From Candidatus Marinacidobacterium sp. (GTDB taxonomy: Bacteria > Acidobacteriota > Vicinamibacteria > Marinacidobacterales > Marinacidobacteraceae), in assembly GCA_965220965.1 (NCBI GenBank), contig OZ244852.1:1696001-1760000 (forward strand): 64,000 bases of DNA, given 5' to 3'. The translations under genes and the position numbers were made by a program. Position 1 is the first letter of the stretch. Each line of letters starts with the position of its first letter. Shown here one piece after another: positions 26,575 to 35,924 of the stretch. A model generated the notes under the pieces. That model was not told the origin of the DNA. It worked only from the letters and a program-made list of their open reading frames with translations, and did not search any database.

Positions 26575-28341
26575 ATGTCAGGGGGGCTCGAGCTTTCGGA
26601 TCGCGACCGGCGCCGGCTCGCCGGCGACGAAGGGGCGGCGGTCCGCCTCGCGATGCAGGTCGTCGCGCGGATGGCGAAGGTCCGGCGCGCGCCGCGCCTG
26701 CTGGACATCGAGGGCGCCCACATCGACAGCACGATCTACGTAGGGGACGCCGGGCTCGAGTTCGCGGAGCGCCTCGCCGGCCTGGGGGCGCGGGTCGCCG
26801 TCCCCTCCACCCTGAACGTCAGCGGGGTGGACGAGTTCCACTGGCGGGAGTGGGCCGTCCCCTCCGAATGGGCGGAGAAGGCGTCGCGCCAGATGCGGGC
26901 CTACGCCTCGATGGGGACGATCCCCACGTGGACGTGCGCGCCCTACCAGACCGAGCACCTGCCCCGTTTCGGACAGCAGATCGCCTGGGGCGAGTCGAAC
27001 GCGGTGGCGTTCGCCAACTCGGTGCTGGGGGCGCGGACCGAGCGCTATCCCGACCTGCTGGATGTGTGCTGCGCCGTCACCGGCCGCGTCCCCGCGGCGG
27101 GGCTCCACCTCGACGAAAACCGTCTGGCGCGGCGCGAACTGCGCCTCGCCGGCGTCCCGGAGGCGCTGGCGGGCGCCGACGACTTCTACCCGGTGCTGGG
27201 CCACCTTCTGGGACCGTGGGCCGAGGACGAACCGGCCGCCATCACCGGGCTGCCGGTGGTCCCCGACGCCGATCAGTTGAAGGCGCTGGGGGCGGCGGCG
27301 GCTTCCTCGGGGGCGGTCGCGCTGTTCCACATCCCCGGGGTGACGCCGGAGGCCCCGACCCTCGCGGACGCCTTCGGGGGGCGGCCGCCCCGCGAAGTGC
27401 GCCGGGTGGGGGTCTCCGAACTGGCCGCGGCGCGCGGCGAGCTGACGACGCGGGGCGAGGGCCCCCTCGACCTCGTGGTGCTGGGGAGCCCGCACTTCTC
27501 GTTCCAGGAGATGGAGAAGCTGGCGCAGACGCTCCGAGAGCGCGGCGGGACCGCCCGCTGTCCCTTCCTCGTGACGACGAGCCGGGCGGTCCGGGACCTT
27601 GCGGAGCGGGCGGGTCTCCTCGAGCCGCTTCGCGCCTTCGGCGGCCAGGTGACGGTGGACACCTGCATCCTCGCTACCCCGATGCTGCCGGAGGACGGGG
27701 GCCGGCGGCTCATGACGAACTCGGCGAAATACGCGTGGTACTCCCCCGGCCTGCTGGACGCGGAGGTCGCCTACGGGAGCCTCGGGGAGTGCGTGGCCTC
27801 GGCGCAGGCGGGGCGGGTCGTCCGCGAGCCGGGGCCGTGGGACGGCGTCAAGGCGGCGGTCCCGCCCGCCCGGTCCGCGGCGAAGGAAGCCTCGCCGGCC
27901 GCCGCCGCGAAACCGGCGACGAGCGTCGGGAGCGTCTCCTGCGAGGTCATCGCCGGGTCCTCAGGTGAGGGAGATGTCCTGTACTCGGCGGAGCCGCTCA
28001 GCTTCTGGGGGGGCTACGAAGCGGAGACCGGACGGGTCATCGACCAGCGCCACCCGCTCGCCGGACAGATCGCGGCCGGGAAGGCGCTCGTCCTGCCGGC
28101 GACGCGGGGATCCTCGACCACGACCGCCGTGCTCCTCGAGGCCATCCGGCGCGGGACGGCGCCCGCCGGGCTGGTGACGCGCGGCCGGGACGCCTTTCTG
28201 GCGCTCGCCTGCGTGGTGGGGACGGAGCTCTACCAGCGCTGCCCGTTCCTGGTCGCCGTGGGGGACGAGGAGTTCCGGGCGCTCGCCGGGTGGAGGGGCC
28301 TCCGCCTGGAAGGGGACCGCCTGCTGCGCCTCGACGCCTGA
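26575..28341 (+). CDS. Aconitase X (DUF521 catalytic + DUF126 swivel domain fusion), putative cis-3-hydroxy-L-proline dehydratase
   Basis: AHID, TCAPYQ, WGESNAVAFANSVLGART, GSPH and TNSAKYA, then an Ala/Pro linker and PLSFWGG...HPLAGQ...RGSST. Confidence 0.85.
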   Translation: MSGGLELSDRDRRRLAGDEGAAVRLAMQVVARMAKVRRAPRLLDIEGAHIDSTIYVGDAGLEFAERLAGLGARVAVPSTLNVSGVDEFHWREWAVPSEWAEKASRQMRAYASMGTIPTWTCAPYQTEHLPRFGQQIAWGESNAVAFANSVLGARTERYPDLLDVCCAVTGRVPAAGLHLDENRLARRELRLAGVPEALAGADDFYPVLGHLLGPWAEDEPAAITGLPVVPDADQLKALGAAAASSGAVALFHIPGVTPEAPTLADAFGGRPPREVRRVGVSELAAARGELTTRGEGPLDLVVLGSPHFSFQEMEKLAQTLRERGGTARCPFLVTTSRAVRDLAERAGLLEPLRAFGGQVTVDTCILATPMLPEDGGRRLMTNSAKYAWYSPGLLDAEVAYGSLGECVASAQAGRVVREPGPWDGVKAAVPPARSAAKEASPAAAAKPATSVGSVSCEVIAGSSGEGDVLYSAEPLSFWGGYEAETGRVIDQRHPLAGQIAAGKALVLPATRGSSTTTAVLLEAIRRGTAPAGLVTRGRDAFLALACVVGTELYQRCPFLVAVGDEEFRALAGWRGLRLEGDRLLRLDA

Positions 28342-28342
28342 G

Positions 28343-29797
28343 CTAACGATCCGTCCCGGCGCGGCGCCAGACCCAGCGGTTCACCGCGAGGCAGAGGAGG
28401 ATCAGGAGCCCGACCTGCATCAGCACCGTGCCGACGGTGAACTCGCCGAAGGGATCCCACCAGGTGGTGTTCGAGGAGATCGCGGCCTGCCACATCCACC
28501 ACAGGATGAGCGCGGTGAACTCGAGCGGGATGACCCAGGTGATCAGCCGCTCGAACCAGGGACCAACCCGCCACTCCTCTTCCGGACCCAGCAACTGCTC
28601 CTCGCGGAAGCGGCGCGCGCCTCGGCGGATCACCGTGATCGCGATGAACAGGCCGGAGACCAGAAGCGCCACCCCCCACGCCGCGTCCTGGTTGCGGAAG
28701 AAGCCGAGCGCGATCGCCGAAGGCAGCCCGAGGACGAAGCACACCGAGCCCACCAGCGGGACGGCGCGTTTCCGGGGGACGCCCAGATCCATGACCATCC
28801 GGTTCACCAGCTCGAGCTGGGTCAGCAGCGAGGACAGCGCGGCGCAGAAGAGGGTGAGGAAGAAGAGCGGCATGAGCACCGCTCCGCCCGGCATCGCGGC
28901 GAAGAGCTGCGGCAGCCAGAGGAAGGTCAGCCCCTCGTTGCTGGAGGAGAGCGCGGCGTTCGTATCGGCGGTCGAGGTGCTCAGCGCGAACACGGTGCAA
29001 AGCACCGCGATCCCGGCGAGAAGCGAGGCGAAGTTGTTCGCGACCGCGGCGGTGACGGCGGTCCTCACGAATCCCTGGCCCCGGGCGACGTACGCGCCGA
29101 GCACGGTGACCAGGCCCCACCCGGCGCCGGTGCTCCACGCGGTCTGGGTCAGCGCGGCGAGCCAGATGCGGTAGTCCGCGAGCGCCGCGAAGTCCGGGAC
29201 GAAGAGGAAGGCCAGACCTTCGGCGGCGCCGGGGAGGGTGATCGCGCGAACCGCGGCGACCAGGAGCAGGACGAAGAGCGCCGGGATGAGGATCCGGTTG
29301 GCGCGCTCCAGCCCGCCGACCACGCCCCGGTACATGACGAAGCAGCCGACGAGCAGCGCGACCCCGTGGAACAGGATCGGCTCCCGGCCGGTGGTGAAGC
29401 CCTCCCAGAACGCCTGCGCGTCCACCCCCGAGAGCTGGCCGAAGGACGAGGCGACCAGGTACTTCAGCGTCCACCCGGTCACCACCGAGTAGTAGAAGGT
29501 GATCGCGCAGGTCACCAGCCCGACGAACAGGCCCATCCAGTTGTGCCGGGGCTCGGTGGCCGCGCCGACGGCCGCCGCCGGGCCGCGGCGCGAGCTCTTG
29601 CCGAGCGCGAACTCGGCCAGCAGGAGCGGGATGCCCCACAGGAACAGGAACAGGATCCAGGGGATCAGGAACTCGCCGCCGCCGTTCTGGGCGACGATCC
29701 GGGGGAAGCGCCAGATGTTGCCGGTGCCGACCGCCATCCCGACGGTGGCGAGCAGCACGCCCCAGCTCGAGGTGAAGCGTTCCTTGGTGTGTTCCAT
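28343..29797 (-). CDS. Sodium-dependent transporter (NSS/SNF family)
   Basis: GMAVGTGNIWRFPRIVAQNGGGEFLIPW signature. Confidence 0.9.
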   Translation of the reverse strand: MEHTKERFTSSWGVLLATVGMAVGTGNIWRFPRIVAQNGGGEFLIPWILFLFLWGIPLLLAEFALGKSSRRGPAAAVGAATEPRHNWMGLFVGLVTCAITFYYSVVTGWTLKYLVASSFGQLSGVDAQAFWEGFTTGREPILFHGVALLVGCFVMYRGVVGGLERANRILIPALFVLLLVAAVRAITLPGAAEGLAFLFVPDFAALADYRIWLAALTQTAWSTGAGWGLVTVLGAYVARGQGFVRTAVTAAVANNFASLLAGIAVLCTVFALSTSTADTNAALSSSNEGLTFLWLPQLFAAMPGGAVLMPLFFLTLFCAALSSLLTQLELVNRMVMDLGVPRKRAVPLVGSVCFVLGLPSAIALGFFRNQDAAWGVALLVSGLFIAITVIRRGARRFREEQLLGPEEEWRVGPWFERLITWVIPLEFTALILWWMWQAAISSNTTWWDPFGEFTVGTVLMQVGLLILLCLAVNRWVWRRAGTDR

Positions 29798-29832
29798 TCC
29801 CGGTCTCCCCTGCCCCCTCCCGCTGAAGGTTC

Positions 29833-30816
29833 CTATTCGGCGTCCTGGAGCCGCATCGGCGTTCCGAGGCCCCGCTCCACCGCGCGCTCGTAGATGAACG
29901 CGGCGCACGCCACGTCCTCGATCGCCACCCCGACCGACTTGAAGAGCGTGATGTCCTCGTCGCTTTCGCGGCCGGGCTTCCGGCCGGCGACGATGTCGCC
30001 GAGTTCGGCGTGGATCGCGTCCTCGGCGAAGTCGCCGTCCCGGATCGCCGCCATGAGATCGCCGGCCTCGCCCAGAACCTGATCCCGGAAGTCGAGACAG
30101 ACTCTCGACCGGCGGAAGACCTCGGCCTCGACCTCGCGCTTCACCGGCGCGTTCGCGCCCACCGAATTCAGGTGGACGCCGGGCGAAAGCCATTCGGCGC
30201 GGACCACCGGGGTCTTCGTCGTGGTCGCGGCGCAGACGATGTCGAGCCCGGCGACCGCTTCCTCGGCGGTCTCCACCGCGCGGGCGTCGAGCCCCTCGGC
30301 CCGCAGCGTCGCGGCGTAACGCTCGGCCGCCTCGGGAACGACGTCGTGGATCCGGGCCGTTTCGATCTTCCGCACTTCCCGGACGGCGGCCGCCTGGTTC
30401 CGCCCCTGGAAGCCGGCCCCGATGAGCCCCAGGCTCGTGGCGTCCTTCCGGGCGAGGAACCGGGTGGCCACTCCACTGGCGGCGCCGGTGCGGGTCCCGG
30501 TGATGTGGGTTCCCGGCATGACCGCCCGGAGCGCCCCGGTCTCGGTATCGAAGTAGAGCAGGGCGAAGTAGGTCCCCTCCGGGTCGCGCTTGCCGGGCGT
30601 GCCGGTCAGGGTCTTGAGACCGAAACCGCCCATGTCGGGGATCACCGCCGCCATGATGCGGAAGTTGCCGGCCACCCCGGTGAGCGGCATGACGAGCCGG
30701 GGCGCGAGTTGCGTGCGGCCCTCGGCGTGAAGCCGGAACGAGGTCTCCAGAAGATCGACCGCGTCCCCCATCGAGAGTACGGAAGCGACCTCCCGCTCCG
30801 TGAGGATGAGCGCCAT
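29833..30816 (-). CDS. Ornithine cyclodeaminase/mu-crystallin family imine reductase (copy 1)
   Basis: ITGTRTGAASGVAT, GLIGAGFQG and ITLFKSVGVAIED. Confidence 0.88.
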   Translation of the reverse strand: MALILTEREVASVLSMGDAVDLLETSFRLHAEGRTQLAPRLVMPLTGVAGNFRIMAAVIPDMGGFGLKTLTGTPGKRDPEGTYFALLYFDTETGALRAVMPGTHITGTRTGAASGVATRFLARKDATSLGLIGAGFQGRNQAAAVREVRKIETARIHDVVPEAAERYAATLRAEGLDARAVETAEEAVAGLDIVCAATTTKTPVVRAEWLSPGVHLNSVGANAPVKREVEAEVFRRSRVCLDFRDQVLGEAGDLMAAIRDGDFAEDAIHAELGDIVAGRKPGRESDEDITLFKSVGVAIEDVACAAFIYERAVERGLGTPMRLQDAE

Positions 30817-30829
30817 AGGCCGCGCGAGT

Positions 30830-31768
30830 CTACCGGCCCTCGGGGCGGCGCGCCGCCATCCGGGTGAAGACGGCGCGGGTCACGTGACGGAGCATTTCGG
30901 GGTTCTTCCGGAGGCGGCGGAGCGAGTACGGAAGCCAGTCCGGGCCGAAGGGAACCCCGACCCGGACCGGGTGGCCGGCGTCGCGGACGATCTGGCGGAG
31001 GTCGGGCCGCACGCCGTGGAGCATCTGGAACTCGTAGTCCTCCGGCGTTTTCCCGCGCTCGTCGAGGATGCGGATCGCGTGGAAGATGAGCCACTCGTCG
31101 TGGGTCGCGATGGCGACCCGCGCCCCGCCCTCGAGCAGCTCGCGGAGGAGCTGAAGGAAGCTGTCCCGGATGATCGCGGGATCGGTCCAGGCGATGTCGT
31201 GGGGCTCCAGGTAAACGCCCTTGCACAGGCGCGCGTTGAGCCGGACAGCGCCCTGCCCGCGCAGCAGCGAGCGGACATCGGCGAGGCTCCGGCGCATCCG
31301 GGCCTGGATCACCACCCCGAATTCGGCGCTGCTGGCGCGGAGCTCGTCGTAGAGCGCGAGGGTGGCGCTGATCTGCGGACTGTCCTCCATGTCCATCCGG
31401 ACGAACGTGCGGCCCCGGCGGGCGGCGCGCTCCAGGATGCGGGCCACCTGGTCACGGCAAAAGCCCGGGTCGATCAGAAGACCGAGCTGGGTCAGCTTGA
31501 CGTGGATGTAGGCGTCGAGGTCCCGGCCGTGGATCTCGTCGAGGACTTCGAGATAGACCGAAGTCGCCGCCTCGGCCTCCGCCCGCTCCTCGACGAACTC
31601 GCCGAGCTGGCTCACCGCCACCCGGAAGCCGCGCCGGTTCAGCCGTTCGGTCTCGGCGATCAGGTCCGCGACCGTCTCGCCCGCGATGTAGGGGCCGGCG
31701 AACCGCCGGACCAGCGGCTTCGGCAGCAGCGGCAGCGAAGCGCCGATCAGCCGGTTCAGGAGAGGCAA
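30830..31768 (-). CDS. Monofunctional proline dehydrogenase
   Basis: YIAGET, VKLTQLGL, RMDMEDS, RLCKGVYLEP, IATHDE, EFQMLHGVR and YSLRRLRKNP; TTG start inferred. Confidence 0.88.
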   Translation of the reverse strand: MPLLNRLIGASLPLLPKPLVRRFAGPYIAGETVADLIAETERLNRRGFRVAVSQLGEFVEERAEAEAATSVYLEVLDEIHGRDLDAYIHVKLTQLGLLIDPGFCRDQVARILERAARRGRTFVRMDMEDSPQISATLALYDELRASSAEFGVVIQARMRRSLADVRSLLRGQGAVRLNARLCKGVYLEPHDIAWTDPAIIRDSFLQLLRELLEGGARVAIATHDEWLIFHAIRILDERGKTPEDYEFQMLHGVRPDLRQIVRDAGHPVRVGVPFGPDWLPYSLRRLRKNPEMLRHVTRAVFTRMAARRPEGR

Positions 31769-31779
31769 CGCCGTCGGTC

Positions 31780-32664
31780 TCAGAGACCGAAGTGCGCGAG
31801 GATCCGGTCGAGCGACTCGCGGGTCGCCGCGTCGAGCCCGGCGGCCGGCGCGCGGATCGCCTCCGGATGCGCCAGCGCGCCGCGCCGGTGGAGCATCTCC
31901 TTCCGGATCGCCATCCCGATCGCCTGCTGGAACTCGAACCGCATGACCGGGGCGTAGCGGTAGAAGACCTCCGCAGCGCCCTCCCGGTCGCCCGCGTCCC
32001 AGCGCGAGACGACCGCGACGAGGAGGTGCGGGTAGGCGAAGCCGGTCATCGCGCCGGTGGCGCCGGAGATGAGCTCTTCGATCAGGTAGGCGCCGCCCAG
32101 GCCGCCGAAGATGCCGATCTCGAGGTCTCCGGCGCGCTCGCGGATGCGGGCGGTCTTGTAGGGCGTGGGGGCGTCTTCCAGCTTGATCGTTCGCGCCGCG
32201 GGAATCTCGCGGCAGATCCGGACGAGGAGGTCCACTTCCATGTGGTAGCCCGAGATCGGGGGGAAGTCCTGGATGACCACCGGAATCGAGATCGTCTCCG
32301 CGATCCGGGCGAAGTGGCGGAACACCGCCTCCGAGTTGCAGCGGGGGGCGCGGGGCGGAGACACCATGACGCCGGCGGCGCCGGCCTGCTCGGCGGCGCG
32401 ACACCGCTCGAGGCAGATGTCCAGACCGGCGCCGGTGGCGCCGACGATGACCGGAACCCGGCCGTCGGTGTGGCGGAGCGAGGCGTCGAGGATCTCGTCG
32501 CGCTCCCGGTCGGTGATGCGGTCCACCTCGCTCGTGACGCCCAGCGCGGTGAAGCCCGAGACGCCGTCCTCGATGAAGCGGTCGATCACCCGGCGAAGGC
32601 TCTCCGAATCGAAGCCGCCGTCGGGAAGAAAGGGGGTGGGAAGGACGGAGTAGACGCCGCGCAT
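31780..32664 (-). CDS. DHDPS/NAL family aldolase/deaminase (not canonical DapA)
   Basis: PTPF, LGVTSE, VPVIVG and Schiff-base TIKLED; QDFP in place of YNxP. Confidence 0.85.
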   Translation of the reverse strand: MRGVYSVLPTPFLPDGGFDSESLRRVIDRFIEDGVSGFTALGVTSEVDRITDRERDEILDASLRHTDGRVPVIVGATGAGLDICLERCRAAEQAGAAGVMVSPPRAPRCNSEAVFRHFARIAETISIPVVIQDFPPISGYHMEVDLLVRICREIPAARTIKLEDAPTPYKTARIRERAGDLEIGIFGGLGGAYLIEELISGATGAMTGFAYPHLLVAVVSRWDAGDREGAAEVFYRYAPVMRFEFQQAIGMAIRKEMLHRRGALAHPEAIRAPAAGLDAATRESLDRILAHFGL

Positions 32665-32765
32665 TCCGCCAATTCTCGCACGACGGGGGGCCACGCAGAC
32701 AGCCGGGGCGGGGCCCGATGCGGGTGACATGGGCGAGCAGGCGCCGGTGGTACAACTCCGCGGCC

Positions 32766-33752
32766 ATGAGACTCCGGGTTCTGTCCGCGGCGGAGGTGCG
32801 CGAGGCGCTTCCGATGGCCGAGGCGATGCGCGCCGTGAAGGCGGCCTTTGTCGCGCTCTCGGCGGGAGAGGCGGTCATGCCGGTCCGCACGCGGGTGGAT
32901 GTCGCCGCCCGGGAGGGAATCAGCCTCTACATGCCCGCCTACCTCGAGGGGCCCCACCAGCTCGCCACCAAGATCGTCTCGATCTTCCCGCAGAACCTGA
33001 GCCGGAAGCCGCCACTGCCGACGATCAACGCGCTGGTCGTGGTCCTGGACGCCGACACCGGACTCCCGGCGGGGGTCATGGACGGCGGGTCGCTCACCGC
33101 GATCCGGACCGGCGCGGCGTCCGGCGTCGCCACCGAGCTGCTGGCCCGCGAGGATGTGAGAACCGCCGGCATGCTGGGCGCCGGAGTCCAGGCGCGCACC
33201 CAGCTCGAGGCGATGGTCACCGCTCGCCCCGGAATCGAACGGGCGTTCGTGTTCGACCCGCGCAGCGCCGCCGCCCGGTCCTTCGCCGCCGAAATGAGCG
33301 ACCGGCTGGGGATCCCGGTCGAGCCGCTGGGGAGCGCCGACGAGGTGGTGGCGGCGTCCGAAGTCATCGCCGAGGCGACGACCGCGATGACGCCGGTCTT
33401 TTCCGACTCCGCGCTCCGGGACGACGCCCATCTGAACGCGGTCGGGTCCTTCACCCCGCAGATGCAGATCGTCCCCGAGGCGACGGTGGTCCGTTCCTCG
33501 GTCGTCGTGGACCACCGGGAGTCCGCCTGGGAGGAGGCCGGCGACCTGATCCAGCCGCGCGACCGGGGGGTGATCGGCGAGGACCACGTCCTCGCGGAGA
33601 TCGGCGAGATCGCGGCCGGGGTGAAGCCGCCGCCCACCCGCGGGCCGACGCTCTTCAAGACGGTGGGGACCGCGGTCCAGGACGTGGCCGCCGGCGCCGC
33701 CGCGCTGGCGCGGGCGGAGGAGCTGAGACTGGGCTCGGTCGTGGACGTTTAG
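32766..33752 (+). CDS. Ornithine cyclodeaminase/mu-crystallin family imine reductase (copy 2)
   Basis: LYMPAY, KIVSIFPQN, LTAIRTGAASG, GAGVQA and LFKTVGTAVQD. Confidence 0.88.
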   Translation: MRLRVLSAAEVREALPMAEAMRAVKAAFVALSAGEAVMPVRTRVDVAAREGISLYMPAYLEGPHQLATKIVSIFPQNLSRKPPLPTINALVVVLDADTGLPAGVMDGGSLTAIRTGAASGVATELLAREDVRTAGMLGAGVQARTQLEAMVTARPGIERAFVFDPRSAAARSFAAEMSDRLGIPVEPLGSADEVVAASEVIAEATTAMTPVFSDSALRDDAHLNAVGSFTPQMQIVPEATVVRSSVVVDHRESAWEEAGDLIQPRDRGVIGEDHVLAEIGEIAAGVKPPPTRGPTLFKTVGTAVQDVAAGAAALARAEELRLGSVVDV

Positions 33753-34612
33753 GCGGTCCGCGGCGCCTCGACCGGGTTCTCGAGCCGGCCGATGCCGGTG
33801 ACCTCGGCGCCGACGGTGACGCCGGGCTCGAGGGGAACGGCGCCGGGCGTGCCGGTGAGCAGGATGTCCCCGGCGCGCCAGGTCATGTCCCGCGAGAAGA
33901 AGCGGACCAGCTTCCCGGGAGCGTGGGTCATGTTCCGCACCAGGTTGGCGCGCGCGGCCCGCCCGTCACGCAGCGTCGTGACGCGCACCCCGGAGAGATC
34001 GGGGGTCGGGGCGACCTCGTCGGGGGTGGCGAGGCAGGGGCCGAGGCTGAGGAACGTGTCGAAGCTCTTGGCCCGGGTGAGGAAACGGGGGTTCTCCAGC
34101 AGGAGGTCTTCGGCCGTCATGTCCACCGCCAGGGTGAAGGCGGTGACCGCGGCCCAGGCCTCGCCGTTCGACCAGTCCCTGCCGGTGCGGCCGATGACCA
34201 GCACGAGCTCCCCCTCGCCGGTGACCCGCTCGGGATCCCGGGGAAGGCGCACCGCCTCGCCGGGGCCGATGATGGAGGCCGCCGGGCGCAGGAAGCCGAC
34301 AGGCGTCGAGGTGGTGGACGCGTCCAGATCGTCGGCGTGCTCGCGGTAGTTCAGCCCGATGCACCAGATCTTGGGGGGACGGACCAGCGGCGCGAGAAGC
34401 CGGGCGTCGGACAGCCGGGGCCCCTCGTGTCGCTTCGCCTCCGACGCGGCGGCGGCGAGCGCCGGAAGGCGCCCCCGCTGGACGATCTCGTCGAGGTCCC
34501 CGGGCGCCGCCGGCGCGAGGTCGGGAGCGAGCCGGGAGACCGGGACCAGCCGCCCGTCGAGCAGGACCCCGACTTCGGGGGTCCCGCGCTCCTGGTAGCG
34601 GAAGACGCGCAT
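33749..34612 (-). CDS. Fumarylacetoacetate hydrolase family protein
   Basis: KIWCIGLNYREHA, EGELVLVIG, AKSFDTF and GDILLTGTPG. Confidence 0.9.
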   Translation of the reverse strand: MRVFRYQERGTPEVGVLLDGRLVPVSRLAPDLAPAAPGDLDEIVQRGRLPALAAAASEAKRHEGPRLSDARLLAPLVRPPKIWCIGLNYREHADDLDASTTSTPVGFLRPAASIIGPGEAVRLPRDPERVTGEGELVLVIGRTGRDWSNGEAWAAVTAFTLAVDMTAEDLLLENPRFLTRAKSFDTFLSLGPCLATPDEVAPTPDLSGVRVTTLRDGRAARANLVRNMTHAPGKLVRFFSRDMTWRAGDILLTGTPGAVPLEPGVTVGAEVTGIGRLENPVEAPRTA

Positions 34613-34646
34613 CCGGCGAGATTATCCGGACACAATATGGGGCTGG

Positions 34647-35924
34647 ATGACCCCGCTGCGACTCGACTACGGCGAGTCCGGGCTGGCCTTCCGGCCGCCC
34701 GAGGGGCTCGACGGACGGCTGGAGGTCATCCGGCCGCGGTTTCCGGCCCCGCTCGCCGACCCCGAAGGGGAGATCCGGCGCGTCCTGCGGCGCCCGCACG
34801 CCGGACCGCCGCTCGCCGAGCGCGTCGCGCCGGGCGCGCGCGTCGCCATTTCGGTCTGCGACGGCACGCGGGCCCAGCCGCGCCGACCCATGCTGCGCGC
34901 GATCCTGGAGGAGCTGCCGACGCCGCCGGAACGGGTGACGCTGCTGGTGGCCACCGGAACGCACCGCCCCAACACCCCCTCGGAGCTCGAGGCGATGTTC
35001 GGCGCGGAGCTGCTCGCGGCGTGCGAGGTGGTGAACCACGACTGCCGGGACGGGTCGCAGCTCGTGCGGCGCCCCGATACCGGGGAGGGGGTTCCCGTCT
35101 GGCTGAACCGCCGCTTCGTGGAGGCGGACGCCCGGATCACCACCGGATTCGTGGAGCCCCACTTCTTCGCCGGGTTCTCGGGCGGGCCCAAGATGGTCGC
35201 GCCCGGACTGGCCGGGATGGAGACCATCCTGTCGCTCCACGACATGGATCGCATCGGACACCCGAACGCGGTCTTCGGGATCACCCGCGGGAATCCGGTC
35301 CACGATCCGATCCGCGAGATCGCGGGGGCCGCGGACGTGGACTTCGCGCTGGATGTCCTGCTCGACGGCGACAAGCGGATCACCGGGGTGTTCGGGGGAG
35401 ATCTCCTCGCCGAACACGAGCTGGCGCAGGAGCGCTCCCGCGCCGAAGCGATGCGCGGGGTGGATCAGCCGTTCGATGTCGTCGTGACCACGAACGCCGG
35501 CTACCCGCTCGACCAGAACCTCTACCAGGCGATCAAGGGGATGTCGGCGGCGGCGCGGATCGTCCGGCCCGGGGGGACCATCCTGTGCGCGGCGGAGTGC
35601 CGCGAAGGCGTGCCCGAGGCCGGCGCCTATGCGCGGGCGCTGCTCGCCGGCCGGAACCTCGCGGAGGTCGCGGCGGCGCTCGAGGCGGCGCCAGCGCGGC
35701 GCCCGGACGACTGGCAGGTCCAGGTCCACTGCCGGATCCGGGAGCGCGCCCGGGTGGGCCTCCTCTCCTCGCTGCCGGACGAGACCGTGCGGGCGGTCCA
35801 CCTGGACCCGGTGGAGGATCTGGACCGCGCGGCCGCCGAGGCGCTCGCCCGGGCCGGGCCGGAGGCGCGGCTCGCGGCGCTACCCCACGGGCCGGTCACG
35901 ATCCCCTACCTGTCAGCCGCCTGA
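34647..35924 (+). CDS. LarA-family nickel-pincer-dependent racemase/epimerase
   Basis: DGTR, ATGTHR, GFVEPHFFAGFSGGPK and GYPLDQNLYQAIKG. Confidence 0.88.
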   Translation: MTPLRLDYGESGLAFRPPEGLDGRLEVIRPRFPAPLADPEGEIRRVLRRPHAGPPLAERVAPGARVAISVCDGTRAQPRRPMLRAILEELPTPPERVTLLVATGTHRPNTPSELEAMFGAELLAACEVVNHDCRDGSQLVRRPDTGEGVPVWLNRRFVEADARITTGFVEPHFFAGFSGGPKMVAPGLAGMETILSLHDMDRIGHPNAVFGITRGNPVHDPIREIAGAADVDFALDVLLDGDKRITGVFGGDLLAEHELAQERSRAEAMRGVDQPFDVVVTTNAGYPLDQNLYQAIKGMSAAARIVRPGGTILCAAECREGVPEAGAYARALLAGRNLAEVAAALEAAPARRPDDWQVQVHCRIRERARVGLLSSLPDETVRAVHLDPVEDLDRAAAEALARAGPEARLAALPHGPVTIPYLSAA

